A stretch of 64,000 nucleotides of DNA from Trichoplax sp. H2 (lineage: Eukaryota). The position numbers were made by a program, and so were the translations under genes. Location: positions 1 through 64,000 of the forward strand of contig NOWV01000124.1 in the NCBI GenBank assembly GCA_003344405.1. The letters are read 5' to 3'. Below the pieces are notes generated by a model that was not told the origin of the DNA, did no database searches, and saw only the letters and a list, made by a program, of their open reading frames with translations. Within the stretch, counting starts at the first letter, position 1; each line of letters starts with the position of its first letter. Shown piece after piece: positions 1-15,113 of this stretch.

Positions 1-199
1 TAACTAATGTACGGTGATGGACATACCAAGTTAAGATTAGCAGGTACTGTAAGATATCTACAGTGCGGTAGAATGTCCTTCGTACTGTGGTCAATTCTAT
101 ACCAATCATTATAATGTGTCTAAGGATCGCTGTCGTATGCAAGCAAAGCTTGCTCTGTCGATAACAACCGTTATAAGAAAATGTAACAATCAAAATGGC

Positions 200-796
200 T
201 GTATAGAAAACTCTATAAAGATTCTATATTTATTCAATTTTCATCAGAATATTACATGAAATCAAAATTTAAAGGCCCAGTGGCCACCCTTAGCGATATA
301 ACGAATACTATTTTAATAATCAGTACTCTGCAGAAATTACTACCTTAGAGCTATTCGTTTTACATGAAGAAATCTTTAGGTTAAAAGTACTGTAAGAATC
401 TTATACTGACCTATTGAAATGAACCCATAATCAGAGTCATTTAACAGTAGTATAAATACCCCCGCGCTGCTTTATTTATTCTATACTGACTATCATAAAT
501 ATATATTATACAAAATCAAGTATATTGTAAATAGAATTATGTCGATAGAAACTGGCACAGGTATATAAGAGCGTGCCTTTAATAATAGAAGGAGTTCTGA
601 TATTACATTGCCTAGCAGTATATTCTATCGTTCGAATAAAGAGGATTTATGAAGTTATCTGGATATACTTATTGCTGAATAAGGTCTTATACTGAGCTGG
701 TCGAATTAGTAAAGCTTATTAGCAACGGTATATTACGGTAGAGCGGTTACGCTAGGAATAAAATCAGTTACTTGTGCCGCAAACGATGTTGTGACA
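200..796 (+). mobile_element. Candidate solo-LTR-like element; 3' part shared with LTR family C
   Basis: About 476-796 is near-identical to about 35879-36200. It ends GTTGTGACA. A possible start TGTATAG at 200 gives a 4-bp TGGC flank on both sides (196-199, 797-800). The 5' boundary is less certain. Confidence 0.55.
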
Positions 797-2364
797 TGGC
801 TATATAAATTAGGTTGATAATATCATCATAATTGCTACTGCATATTTTCGGTATTAGGACTTAAAATGATCTTGTTTTATAATTTGTATTTCGAATTTCT
901 GCTGATGTATTGTAATGTGGCTAAATTCAATGAATGAGTGAATAAAGTTAGCATTTGTCTGAATGTTTGTCTTTAATTTGGCCATATGTTTTAAAACTAC
1001 TTGTATGATTTAATACAAGAACTGGTAGTCATTCATATGTAGTTACTTATAAGCATTACGTATGGGAAATGTATTCCAAATAAGGACTTTTCTATGTATT
1101 TTCTCATATAGGTAAAAACGCATGTGAACACCTTATACCGGTAAGAATATACTCGAATTTTTCTCATTTAATATCGTTTTATGAGTCTCCTTATTATTAG
1201 TGTAAATTGTACTATTCAGTCAGTATCGTCTATTATTTCGTATTTCAATGATTTCTATTCGTGCTGACAATTTTTGGAGTACCTGCTCTAATTCTTTAGT
1301 AAGCTAGGTTGTAACTGGTAGTTAGCTTATTTACTTTTCTATCTCATGTACGGATATAGCAAATTATCTGCAGCCTCAAAATTTAACTTTTCATCGCTCA
1401 AATTTAGAGTCCTTGTAGTGAAGTTCGTAAATTGAAACTAAACTTATCATAATTACTTCCAATTTATGTCGCAGCTCAATAAATAATGCAAACCAGCTAA
1501 CTCGCAACTAAAATAGACGGCTGCCAAGCTGAAGTAACAAAAGACTCTTGTCGACCTTTTTATAGCAAGATTATTTAAATAACAACCGTACTAAACTTTA
1601 GAACTCCAAATCTTTCACGCATGACAGGGTTTTTATTATATGAAAACAGACTTATTCATAGTATTAGTAAAATTACTTTTGATTATTATGGGTAAACATA
1701 ATGAAAATGTTAAATTGTTACACAGCATTTGCAACAAGTATGAATAATATTACAAAAACAGGCTATTGCGTCTGATAGCGCAATAATCTATTTATGATAT
1801 TAATCATTGTAGAATTATATATGCTAGACTAAGGGAATTATTCCTTTTATCTCACAACATTAAAACCGAACTCTTTTATTCACCTAATAGAGTTCATCTT
1901 ATATGATGAGAAAGTATTGAGGCTTAAAGTTAGGAGTAGGATTTTAATTTGATCTAATGTGATTAAGAAATCATTTTGATATCTCTATGATAAAAATCTA
2001 TCAACAAAAAAGATGCTGTACTATTCTAGAAATAAGAAAGTTGCTAGCATTTAACCTAATTCTATCAAGTGTTGACGTGGTTTGAATAATATAAATATGG
2101 ATATCCATTAGATGAGAGACTTATCAATATATGAAGAGATATGAAATTAAAGTTTAAGAATGGCACACTGATATTTGAAATATAATGTTGCGATTAAGTG
2201 TCAATACTAAAGAAAGAACTTCAGTTTCTTGCAAAGTGCACTTTATTACATAAATTGGATTTGCTATGCAACTACCAAGGATTATTTAGGTACAGTTAGA
2301 AAATCTGTGTCACTCAAATTCTTCATTAATCTTCAATTACTTACGGAATGATATTTTAGTTACA

Positions 2365-2561
2365 CCATCCTATTTCAGTGATGAAATCTCAAGATCAGTT
2401 ATAAGTTTCGTATCTCGCGATCATTAATCCACGCTGCTAGTTACAGCATATAAGAATCTCATGGTAATGGCTTAATTAACGCATTCTATTTATATCTCAG
2501 AATCTTAAATAGAAATACCTTAGTAGAAATACATGTTGCAATCGTCTACAAATAAATATTT
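2365..2561. repeat. Haplotype duplicate (empty allele) of 2582-2606 + 3162-3332
   Basis: The sequence before the N gap repeats after the gap with a few SNPs but lacks the 550-bp element. Confidence 0.8.
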
Positions 2562-2606
2562 NNNNNNNNNNNNNNNNNNNNCCATCCTATTTTAGTGATG
2601 AAGTCT

Positions 2607-3156
2607 TGTAATGTAACTTAGTATTGTGATTGTAGACTGTTAGCCATGTGTAGTATAATGTACGGTAGATATTTATCCTAAGAGATATTTGGTAGCTGTA
2701 ACTATAGACTGTAGTGGTAGAGACTCTATGCTAGAGTACAGATGACTATATACAGTAAGGTGTTGAGTTACTAATAAGGCTATAGGTAAAAATAAAACTG
2801 TAAATCATATATTAGGATATGGTTAATTCATTGTACTTTGGCTGGTGTGAATAATGTCTACGTAAGTACTGTAGTCGTATCCATATTGGATTAGTGATGG
2901 TCCGCAGTAGAATAGTCTTACTAAGAATAATTTAACTATGTGTAAAATAAGGTAAAAGGTTGCCATGCGGATTGTAGCTGCGAATGCTACGAAAAGTATA
3001 AAAGCATGCAACTTTAGATTATTCTGTTAGTTCGTTCTAGAAGTCTTTAGAAGTAGTATTCGGTTAGAGTAGAGCTGTGTAGTTAATCTTTGTATAAGAT
3101 TCAATAAAGCCCTTATTTTTCTAAAATTTGGAATTTCGTGATTGGTATATATCACA
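2607..3156 (+). mobile_element. Solo LTR-like element, family A (550 bp)
   Basis: Starts TGTAATG and ends TATCACA. Perfect 5-bp TSD AGTCT (2602-2606, 3157-3161). AATAAA near the 3' end. Near-identical copy at 43512-44062. Confidence 0.85.
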
Positions 3157-5362
3157 AGTCTCAAGAGCAGTTATAAGTTTCGTATCTCGCGATCATTAAT
3201 CCACACTGCTAGTTACAGCATATAAGAATCTCATGGTAATGGCTTAATTAACGCATTCTATTTATATCTCAGAATCTTAAATAGAAATACCTTAGTAGAA
3301 ATACATGTTGCAATCGTCTACAAATAAATATTTGCACAATCTTACCATTACACTCTCAATTAATCTAGTTTTATACTATCCTATAATTATATTCTTAAAA
3401 TAATTTAGGGCTGTATTTATATATAAGCGCTCAGTTATAGGAATTTTAAAGGCATAAATGAAATAGAAAGATAGCATAACATACAGAAACTATCAATTAT
3501 TCCATAAAAGCGATTTTTCTAGTATGCACTTGTGACGGAGTACAGATTCCGTTAATTAATTGTAGCATTAGCCTTAGTAATTAGTAATTAAGATTTTATT
3601 AATTGTTAATAACATTTATTTATTAGTGTAGTATAAAATAACAAAATGTCGCATTTTTAAGTTTAAGAGCTTCAGTACTAGTACATAAATAAAAGAAATA
3701 CTGAATAATCGCTATAAATGAATATTAAATTTACAGCTACTAATGCTACTGGCTTATTATGTACAATATAATATCAAAAAGAAAATTAGCTTTCATGTCT
3801 TATAATTCATGAGAAAATTCTATTATTTCAAATTCTTGCGATAACCGATGATATGATGATAGTGAGAGGCGTTCGTTTTGCATTTGCCGTGGCCTGTCTT
3901 GTAAAGAAGATTTAATTCTAAGTCCAGATGAATAAATGGGTAGTACCAAGCAATGATTTCATGCTACTTCCAGTAAATCATCGATTATTTCTAATAAAAA
4001 TCAGGCATCGTACTTGTGGTAGAATCGCATCGTTGTTATTTTTAATCATTTTGACATTATAAAACAGATAATGGACTTAGCGATTATTAGGAAGTAACTT
4101 TTGCATAACTATTGTAATATACTTTCTATAAGATAACTTACCTAGGAACGTGCTTTTCCTTAATTTATATATGATGCTATACATATTTTTAAAAGATAAA
4201 TGCATAGTTTTGCAATGTTATCTATAAATTAGTAAACAATTTTCACGCTGATTTACTATGAATTGAATGGTTTTTTGAATAAAGTTTGGCTTCACTTATA
4301 TCTAAGAGAGATTAGTGTTGTGTAAGTGTTCCTCCTGGCGATTTGGAATTTTAAGTAGTTAGAATCGCATTGTAGGTAAATGCAAGGAGGACAAACCTGA
4401 TAGTAGATTTACGGCGTATAATTTCTATGATGGTTTTGACTGTTTCTCGTTACAAATATCAATTTGAAACGAGAATATATAATTAGGTCGTTTTTGGAAT
4501 TCTTAAATTACCAATCTATAATAAACTTTAATTTATCTTTACTCGACCGCATCGTTTCGGTTTTTCAAAGCATAATTCATAGGCTTATTTCTACTGCTAA
4601 GCAAGTGTAGAATTTGCCCAGTTCTACCGTAAACAATTGCCTTCTTCAACGATCAGTTGGTTGGGATCAGAGTGCTTGACGGTCTCACAGCGAGATCATT
4701 CCGAAGGGATAAAAAAATACTATAGTTTATTAAGATTGTTGATTAATGAAATCAAACAAAATAAGATTAAAATTGCAGTAATCTGCCATGTCCTTTTATA
4801 GTTGTGGCACTACAACCTTCGTGCACACTATCAATGAAAGCAAATATTCGTTACTTTCCTCATAGGCTTACTATGGGGTTTCAAAACAGAAATTAGTATA
4901 AGTCAAATAGATAAACGAGTTATTTAACAGTGTTAGATTACAAAACCAATCAATTCAAGGAATTCTAATGAATCCTTATTTACAGCTAATGTGTTAACCG
5001 TAGTCACTTGAAAGCAACTATAATAATTATAATACTCAATATACTAATTTTATCATTTACACGTACCGCCTCCATTAATAACCTACTTAACAAGACTAAA
5101 ATAAATGTTCACAACGCACTAACAAAATATTTGTGATAAACATAAATGATGTAGTATCAAGTCTCTACAGCAAGTTAACATCTATTACTTATACAGCATT
5201 TAATATTCTTTAATTTTAATGATCTTATAAGACTTACAATGGACTTCTGTTAGAACTGCTTATTAAGGACTAAGCTATAGCAATGAATTTATAATGAAAA
5301 TGTTTTGCGATAGAAATATTTGCATTCCTTGATCGAAATATATCGTTGATGCTATTTAGAAA

Positions 5363-6439
5363 TTATTTAGCAAGCATATGAATATTCAGTTTGGAAGTAT
5401 GGATTATGTTTGCTGAATTGTTGCGGCTGGATTGTTTGGATGAAGACACAGTAATATGACTTGGTTTAGGAGTAATAGAATTTTCGTTTGATGATATATT
5501 AACTCTTCGTAATAGTTGTAAAGCTTTATTTCGAATATTGCAATCGAACTTAAAATAGATGAAGGGATTTAGTACGGTGATACTTGTTGTTGCTGGATAG
5601 GAGAAGAACGCTAAAAGGAATGATATCGTGCTTTGTTCACGTAGTTTCAATAGTGATGCTTTTGTTACAGCTACTCCAAACACAGTTGCAAAAAATGGCC
5701 AAGTAGTCAGAATATAGCACAGAGTTATACTTATCAGCATGCGAATAAATTTTTTCTTTTTAAAAAGATGTTCTGAATCTTGCTGTAGCGTTTGTCCTGG
5801 TTGTAAATAACTTTGCTGATGTTTGATAATTTGCCAATAAATAAGGACAATAATAATTGAAGGAATAATATAGAGGATAATATCAAAAATGATAAAATAA
5901 ATAGATAGAATAGTATTCATTTGGGCAAATTCACACATATAATTATCAGCTTTATGACTTCTAACAATGAGTAATAAGGGAAAATTAACTATCGATGATA
6001 GAATCCAAACTAGAATCTCGCTTGTAACGATTACTTTCAATTTTTGAATTCGATAGAAAGCCTGCATTGGTTTAACGATCACAAAATATCTATCAATTGC
6101 AATTAAACACAAATTCATCATAGATATTCCGTAAGAATTCAGAGTAATAAAAAATACTATTCTACACATAAGTATACTTGAACTGTAGTTAAGAAAATAT
6201 CCCGCAATTTGTATGTATGCACAAATTGTGGTAATGGAAGAAATTATGTCAGACACTACTGATACCAGCATCAAGCGATATGTTATTTTATTAAAATATT
6301 TATCTGAGATGAAAATATACAACAAAAATATATTAGCTATAACACCTATCACAGATAACGGAATTGCTGAAACGGATGCATAAGAGTATAAGGTAGCATA
6401 AAATTTACTTAGGGTTAGATTCGGGTTTGATTGATTCAT
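5363..6439 (-). CDS. Intronless class A (rhodopsin-like) 7TM GPCR, 358 aa (cluster gene 1)
   Basis: Seven hydrophobic segments. TM1 GVIAN, TM2 SD, TM3 C...IAIDRY, TM4 W, ECL2 Cys (MCE), TM5 YIIP, TM6 TWP, TM7 NPFIY. N-terminal N-glycosylation sequons NQS and NLT. Confidence 0.93.
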   Translation of the reverse strand: MNQSNPNLTLSKFYATLYSYASVSAIPLSVIGVIANIFLLYIFISDKYFNKITYRLMLVSVVSDIISSITTICAYIQIAGYFLNYSSSILMCRIVFFITLNSYGISMMNLCLIAIDRYFVIVKPMQAFYRIQKLKVIVTSEILVWILSSIVNFPLLLIVRSHKADNYMCEFAQMNTILSIYFIIFDIILYIIPSIIIVLIYWQIIKHQQSYLQPGQTLQQDSEHLFKKKKFIRMLISITLCYILTTWPFFATVFGVAVTKASLLKLREQSTISFLLAFFSYPATTSITVLNPFIYFKFDCNIRNKALQLLRRVNISSNENSITPKPSHITVSSSKQSSRNNSANIIHTSKLNIHMLAK

Positions 6440-9400
6440 AATTTATAGAAGTCTGAGAGTATAATGTAAACTCAATTTATATAAATTCTTTTGCCTCGTC
6501 CGATCTTCTTATTATCAAACGGTAAACATAGGCAAGAAAATGCCGTATCTTGATGAATACGTATATTGTACACCAAAGTACGTTTAGTATCTTCAATTAG
6601 GTGATTTATGAGTAGTTATATAGCTAGCTTACTTAAATAAATGCAAATCATTAGTCATGTGAAGTCAACTTATTTAGATCATCTTAAAATGGTGGATATA
6701 ATTAGTAAATATTCTTTACTAAAAAATTTTGCTTGGTCAAATTACTTTGGATTAGGTCTAAAAATACAGTACAGAGTATATAACAACGATCAATGCAATA
6801 CAAGTATCTGTCTAAGGGCGTTATATTCTAATTAGTATGTTAACAATCAGTTAGGCATCTTTTAAATGTTAACCCTACGACCATGTAATCTCTTTAAAGA
6901 ATAAAATAAGATATTATAATTTTAATTCAGCAGCATCGATCTGATGTAGCTATTGGCAATAACAAAGTTATACTTTATGGCCAAAATTCAATGGATTGAA
7001 GACTACCAGTTTACCTATGACAGGAAAGGATTTCTTTAAGGTATTTCGGTACAGACTATCGTATACCATCAACAGTTAGTGGTAAAGAACCTACTTTCGC
7101 TGCAATGCTTTAATATTCCATCACCTCTCAATATTATTGCTGCTGTCGAAAGTGTGCTTTGCAATTAACGATAGTAAAATCCAATAAGATTTACAACAAT
7201 ATAAGGTTTGTTTATCGAGTTTCTCCAGTTTAGAATTTAGTTACGAATGGAACACTAGAGACCTCTTTAGTATTAATTACAATTAATGCTGTTCACAAGA
7301 TTTATTTAAATTGATATGCTTGAAAAGACATAAGAGCAGAAACGATTTCAATTATAATCATAAACAAAGACGAATTTAAAATTTAATCATTTGAATTAGT
7401 CTTGTTTCAGCATATAATAAATTTTTCTGATTGTGTTAGCAAGAATTAGAAGTTATTTATGATAGGATGCAATAAACAACGAGATAAAATTCGTTTACAG
7501 ATTACAGTATTAGATCAATATATTATTACGAAAGATTCAATTAATAATAAATTTTAAAAGAATGACATTCTAAGATATTACCTTTATTTTTTTAGCAAGT
7601 ACTAACCGTAATGATGACAATATTAAGATTTATGCTCTATCGAAATCCTAACTACAAAACACGTCCTTGTAGTCGTAACATGCTGATATCGAAAGCTTAT
7701 CGATTATTGACAATCAATTGCATATGTAAATGTGTTATACCGGAACGAATATTGACAATTGAAAATATTACTCTTAAGCACATTTATAATTTTTATAGTA
7801 GAAATATTAGGATTAGCTGAATCGCTGCTTAGGATATCATATCCTTATTTTCTGATAAGCGATATTTTAGTGATATTTACTGTTCTTGTTTTACAAAATT
7901 TCGATTACTTTGTTAATAAATCAGTTAGAGATGGGCCTTAATTATGGTCTACCTTACCGTTAAGATAGTTGAATAAGTACATTAGTAGCCAATATCGAGA
8001 ACATCCATATTTGTAGTGCTAGGTAAGATAAGTAATATATTAACGTGGATATTATTTGTGATAGTTTATTACATATTTGATGTTGATTTTATTATGTGTA
8101 GATAGTAGTAATATTATTCAACTTCTAGCTATTGATAGTTGAATTAGACAACATATAAGCTTAGATTAAGATGAATAAGGGATTAAAAGAACTTGCTGAT
8201 AGAAAACTATGTAAGGAACATCTCATTTCGAGATGATGTCTCTCCTACTAAGGTATAATAATAATACCGTCGTTGTTTATAAATTAAACGGTTTCTATAT
8301 AAACGGGAACGTTTGAATTGAGTTGTGTGGTAGAAAATTATAGATGTGTCGATGCTTATAAAAGTTCTATCTTTACGGGACTTCGCTGTGTATGTTTAAC
8401 CTTTAGTAAAAAGGTGTTCAAGTCAGTAGTCACTTATAGACTTTTACTCTACACTTCCTCATTGCAGAGTTGCAATTGTGACAGCCTTGTACATTGTATT
8501 GATAGTTCTCATTAAATATGACCATAGCAGTTTACGTCAATGGATAGCTCTTATTAATACTAAGCCTCGTAATTAACATGCTAAGATGGCGGGGATTATA
8601 GTAAACGTTTTTTATTCGCTGACTTCTTTCAATCGCCACTTTTACTTTTAAGATTACTTTAGTAACAGTAATAATTATTGAAGAGAGGTAACTAAAGTTT
8701 AAAGACTCAGCTAACTTTATTATGCATCTAATTCTTGCTGTAATTTAAGAAGTATTCATCAATGCCTTTTATGATTGATTATCATTAACATTTATAGGCG
8801 GCTGAAAGTACCCATAATAGATAGGCAAGTCAATGACATTTGAAATATCATAAGAACACAATGTGGCAGCTATTTAATTTATGCCTTAATTTCGCTGTTT
8901 ACACCCTAAAAGTTTTTAGTATTTAATTATGCCTTTTATAATAATTAGTTACGCGAAAAATTATCTGCTTAGACAGTTTTCTCCTAATATTTAATCCAAG
9001 GAGATTTTTATTTCTTAATAAGTAGATGTGTTTATTATTTTAAAATGTTGATTTTCTTGTGTAATATTTATTTAATGACGTACCCGACGTTAGTTGAGTT
9101 TTCATGCTCGTATATAAAATATCACAGTATGAATAAATCTCTACCGTAGATGAAATGAAAAAGTTTAGAGACATCATTCTAACATGTTCGGAAAAGAATA
9201 ATTGTAATTTCTCCGTCAGCAAAAATATGTAGCAAATATTTAGTACCCTCTGATCCGATCCAATTATTAACTTAGATACTCTTCAATTTTAAAACACAGG
9301 AAACTATTCAGTTGCTTACTGCTGATTTGAACCTATCTCTGTTATTATCATCTAGCTATATTTATACAAGGGAAACCCTTATACTCAAATTCAATTGAAG

Positions 9401-10018
9401 GAGTAGTAAATTCATTAAATGCATCTCATTGCACTGCTAATGTGGCCGTAAAAAAAATAATATTTATCATCATTTTTATGCATGTAACTTACCCTAACAA
9501 TATGTAATTAACAATATCGCGTAGGCTATACAAAAGTGGAATCTTTTTATGTTTTTATTTAATAAGTAATGAATTGGCGTCGCCTTGCGAATAAATAATT
9601 TGTAGATTGAGGAATTTCGCTAAATACTATCAATAAATAACTTTGGTATGCTGACACTATACAGCAGGATTTTAATACAGTAATTAAATCATGCCTCGCG
9701 AATTGAAAGATTATTTTTACATTTTAAGAAATTATTCATTTTTACCTTTTAAAGAGGTTGTTACTTTAAATTAGACGTTCGGAAATAGACAATCCATATC
9801 ATACGGAGCTTTCATCTGTAATATTTTTGAAATATAAATCTACATCTCATCTTTATCATACGCCCTTCTTAACTTGATACCTAAAACATATCTAGAAACT
9901 AAATATTTGCCTTATTGACGCAGCCGCAGAGAATTCTAGTATATTGAACTGTCTCTATAATTTTACTAGTAATATCTATTGCTTATATACTTATAATTNN
10001 NNNNNNNNNNNNNNNNNN

Positions 10019-10142
10019 CATAGAGTCTCTACCACTACAGTCTATAGTTACAGCTACCAAATATCTCTTAGGATAAATATCTACCGTACATTATACTAAA
10101 CATGGCTAACAGTCTACAATCACAATACTAAGTTACATTACA
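10019..10142 (-). mobile_element. LTR family A terminus (truncated by N gap)
   Basis: Reverse complement of about 2607-2730, ending ...GTTACATTACA. Followed by ACATC, which is present once in the empty allele at 9842-9846. Confidence 0.8.
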
Positions 10143-11859
10143 ACATCTTATCTTTATCATACGCCCTTCTTAACTTGATACCTGAAACATAACTAGAAAC
10201 TAAATATTTGCCTTATTGACGCAGCCGCAGAGAATTCTAGTATATTGAACTGTCTCTATAATTTTACTAGTAATATCTATTGCTTATATACTTATAATTA
10301 TTTTCTCCAATCAATTTCATTAAAGCGTCTTTCATGCCAGAAATCAAATAGCATTATTCTATGCAATGATCTTGATTACAGTTATTTAAGTTTATTAACC
10401 CAAAATTTCAAATTGCCTGCCAGGTTTTACTTTGATTACAGTTCGATAACAGTAGCAATTGGAAGTAAGATATTTATCATTAACGTGATAGCAATTTATT
10501 ATATAATGTTAAGTATTCTATTTAATGAAGATGTTCTGCAAATAAAGAGTTCTGCTCTACTATTAAAATAAAAATTGATTCACGGTTGCTCGTACGCAAG
10601 AAAATATGATTACTTAAACATACTAATGAACACGAGTCGTATGCAGGTAAATGGCATTAAAAATTTTGATATGCAGTATATCGATGATAAGCTTTCATTT
10701 TATTCAGAAGAAAAAAAATTTTACTTCGTTATCTGAATGTTATCCATTTAACTAGTAAAAATGCTTCTTTCATTATGAGTAAAGAAAAATGATAAGAGAT
10801 CATTCTTAAATCAAACTATCTTAAACTAATTTGCATTGACAATCATTTCATAAGAAACAAAGATGACTGTAGTAGTTTCAGTCAATTATAGCAGTAATTG
10901 AAGTACGGTAGCATTAAGATGTAGAATAGTCTATTATACTTGTAAGGTAATTTCATGATTGATGATGATGAATCGGTGTACTTACACTATTCTTGCTATG
11001 TGTGCATAAGATTACAATAGTCGGCTATATTAGGTGATGTTTTTGTGTAATGCCTTAATATAACTATTAGATAATAGGAAATTGTTATCGTGGAAACGAA
11101 GTCGATTGTCCGGTTTATCTTGGCTACTTAGGACTGTTTTTAAGAGGGAATAAAAATGAATTCTTCTTTTGTCAAGCCTTCTATTAATAAACGGATACAT
11201 TTTAAGATTAAATACGTTGTTTGCCTAATCTTACGTCACGTTTGAGATTTGCTTAATTTTAATAACTCAGATTTTGAGTTAGACGATTGCTAACCTGAGG
11301 GGTTGTGAAACCAAGAACTACAATGACTGTACATTATTTTAGAACTTGCTTTGTCTGTCAACATTGATGCATATTGTCTAATAAAATAACTAGAAATTAT
11401 TCCCTTGTCACGGAGTGATGTCCGTGAAGCTATATTGATTTTGTTATTAATTAATTAATTATTTACCAGCATTAATTAATTACCTTACGAAAGAAGTATA
11501 CTTATTCTAGTAGAATTGTATTGTTCGCAGTGTTACTTAAATAGTGATAAGATGAAAACTGCGACACCCCTACTTCATTATTATAGCTTCAAAGCCTATT
11601 TAACATAAGAAGATAAATGATGCTACGAAACTCGTTAATTGTTAATTATATTCGAGAAACGATATCTTTCATTTAATGTCAGCATGAAATTTGATCGCAG
11701 TAATATTGGATATTGGATAAAATGACTAGCAGCGATAATACATGTATATACAAACAAGTGCTGCATTTTTATAAATGATTTAAGTACTTTATTGCGGGAT
11801 TTTGAAATTAGCTTTAAGCAGATCTGAAAACAGGAAATGNNNNNNNNNNNNNNNNNNNN

Positions 11860-12414
11860 GATATCTGCACTATCACGAGCACTTTTGCTCTACTAGCAGA
11901 CTACACAAAGACTTAAACGCCTCGTATTTTACGTTAAACACTAAGTTGGACAATTCTTCTTTATTTCACGATATACTGCATTTATATACTATTCCTCAAT
12001 AGTTCATGAGTCATAGTTAATACAATTAACATTAGAATCATTTACTGAATTAGATATTAATTTTAGCTACTGCTCTCTTAATGCAGACAACAGTATTTAC
12101 GAACATAGACATGTAATAACTAATACAGAATAGTCAGATTACGATATGTCCTATCACGGAACATTTCCATGATAATTTACAGTCTATCATAAGTAAATTA
12201 CAATCACAATGATTCGAACTGTAAGCAGATGATTTGCATTCCCTATTATAACTATTATAATTTCAGTATGTGTATAAGTGTCACTGTCATAAAAAGTCAG
12301 TGCTATATTAAAATACAGTATATCCAAATTATAAGTTAACTAAATAAGGATAGTCTAACAGAATTATCCTAACATAGTTATTTCTACTGTAATACAGTAT
12401 TTAACACTGTAACA
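11860..12414 (-). mobile_element. LTR family B copy (truncated by N gap)
   Basis: Reverse complement of about 41975-42526, ending ...CACTGTAACA. The flank from 12415 duplicates the empty allele at 11467-11839. Confidence 0.8.
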
Positions 12415-13425
12415 CAGCATTAATTAATTACATTACGAAAGAAGTATACTTATTCTAGTAGAATTGTATCGTTCGCAGTGTTACTTAAATAGTGATGAGA
12501 TGAAAACTGCGACACCTCTACTTCATTATTATAACTTCAAAGCCTATTTAACATAAGAAGATAAATGATGTTACGAAACTCGTTAATTATATTCGAGAAA
12601 CGATATCTTTCATTTAACGTCAGCATGAAATTTGATCGCAGTAATATTGGATATTGAATAAAATGACTAGCAGCGATAATACATGTATATACAAAACAAG
12701 TGCTGCATTTTTACAAATGATTTAAGTACTTTATTGCGGGATTTTGAAATTAGCTTTAAGCAGATCTGAAAACAGGAAATGCACTATTTTTTAAGTTTAA
12801 CATCACCATAATTCTGTATTGCACCTCCGATTTGGGATAAAAAAGACATTTCCTCAATCTCACCTCCTTGAGATTTAAGTTTATTCTGGGATTGCTTATA
12901 GTAACAAATCATTTTTAAAATAATCGAGATAAAAAAAGTACCTCCATATTACGAAGGAATTTGACAGTAAATGATTAATCAATTAAAGATTGATATGGTC
13001 TTTTATGTAACCTAAAAGCAGCAGTTGAATTTTTTTTATACAAGTAAATTCATTATTCAGAAATAGATGCATCTGATCTTAAATAATTAATATGGCAGTA
13101 GCGAATGATACGCATATTAAATGTGCGTTATTGCTAAGCTTGCATAAAATCTTTTGTTTAAACCTTAAAAGCAAGCTGACAGTAACTTTAGCTGTAATCG
13201 CAGCATTTTTAATAAATTTAGTATTTAATCTCCATTTTTTTCGCATAAGTATAGCTTAATTGCCTTATTACTGTATTTGGTTGGTCATGCTGATGTACTG
13301 ATAATAACGCTAAAAAGACCTCAGGTAATTAAATTATTACATATTAATTGGTATTTTGTAGAATATCACGTAGCGCACTTTGTTAGTTTTACATTATTTA
13401 ACTGCGTATGAAATTGAAAGCTGTA

Positions 13426-14034
13426 TGTAACTATAAGTAAAAGTGTACATGCAAGGTAACTGTATGCAAAGTGACATAGTATTGTGATTGAAGACTATTA
13501 GCCATGTTTAGTATGATGTACGTTTAGTATCTTTTCTATATTTGTCTTATTATATATTTAGTAGCCCAAAATTATAGACTGTAGGGATGGATTCTATGCT
13601 AGAGTACGGATGACTATATACAGTAAGGTGTTACTAAGCTACTAATAAGGTTAGAAGTAAAAATAGAATTGTAAATTATATATTAGGATATGCTTGGTTC
13701 ATAGTACTTTGAGTCGTAGGAATATAATGTCTATGAAAATACTGTAATCATTTCTATATTGGATTAATGATGGTTCGCTGTAAAATATTGCGACTAATAA
13801 TAAGCTGAACATGTATAAAATATGATAGAATGCTGCTATACTGATTGTAGCTGCAAAGGCTACGGAGAGTATTAAAGCAGGAGACATTAGATTCTCTGAT
13901 TGTTCTTTCTAGAAGTCTTTCGATAGTTGTATTCGTCTAGAGTAGAGCCGTATGTAGCTAGTCTTTATATTAGATCTAATAAAACTTCTAATTTTTTAGA
14001 ACTTTGGAATTTTCGTTGGTCAGATTTTATCACA
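13426..14034 (+). mobile_element. Solo LTR-like element, diverged family A (609 bp)
   Basis: TGTAAC...TATCACA with perfect 5-bp TSD CTGTA (13421-13425, 14035-14039). Alignable to 2607-3156 by eye. Confidence 0.8.
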
Positions 14035-15113
14035 CTGTAGTATCTCTGCTATTGAAGCAAAAGAACATTAAGCTAGTCATTTCATTACTAGTGTTTGTAA
14101 TATGACCATTGCCCACATTAAACTGTTACAAATGAATTTAACTGTATCACCTGCAATTTACACGTACTTATAACTATCGGTTTATTCTCATTGTTTAAAA
14201 GAATTTTTGCTCATTGCAAGTCATAATATTTTAGTTATTTTATGTCACAAACCAGCTTCGTTACAAAGATAACGTAAAGCAAATCTCTAAATTGCTTTAG
14301 TCTCCGGGATTCAGTATCCTTTAATTATTTCACAAGAATATAGACGCCTTTGCTTCTACGTTAAACAACTAAAGAACTCTTCTATTATTTAACTATTTGC
14401 TGAGTTAAAATACCATTCGGGCAGCTGCTATCATGTATGAATCGTAACAGTTCGTGAAATTTAGTTTATATTAATAAGCTAAATTAATACAGAAGTTGTT
14501 CGTAATCTTATACATGTACTGAATAATTTAATTACAGTAATCATGTGATCGACCATTGTTGGATATAGGTTAGGTAAAATAAAAGCTATTGCACGACTCT
14601 GAAGCCACATGTAGCAATTTAATTTATAGTAAAGGACTAAAAGTAGAGTCCTTTATAGCTTTCAGTATGTAACTAGTATTATTTTACTATACAAAATACC
14701 TAGAAAGTGATAGTGTCTTTAAGGTTTACCCTGCCAAATCATCATGTCGCCATCTTTTCTTCTTAATTATTTTACAAGATATTATATAGATTACTATAGA
14801 AGTAGCCCTAGAGCAATTACCTAATCTAAAGAAAGGGCGTTTCATCGTCTATTCAAATTATAAATGAATTTGACTTAGTAACAAAACCCTATCCTTATAG
14901 AAAGGGGATTTATAACATGACAGTAAAGTACTGTAATGTAGTCTATAATCGTACAGTTACCGTACAACCTGACGCTAAAACATCAACTGTCAATACTAAG
15001 CGATACTAATGTCAGAAAAGTAGTCGTAATAGTCATATAAAATTTTTGATAAGCGATTACTGTGATCTTTATAAAATCCGGATTTTTCGGATTGGGATTC
15101 CGGAACCGATCGG

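Noticed and set aside
2823-3011. 62-aa ORF repeated at 13699-13887 and 43727-43915
   Set aside because: It lies antisense inside LTR family A, so recurrence reflects the repeat. No recognisable domain, although the preserved length in the diverged copy is mildly curious.
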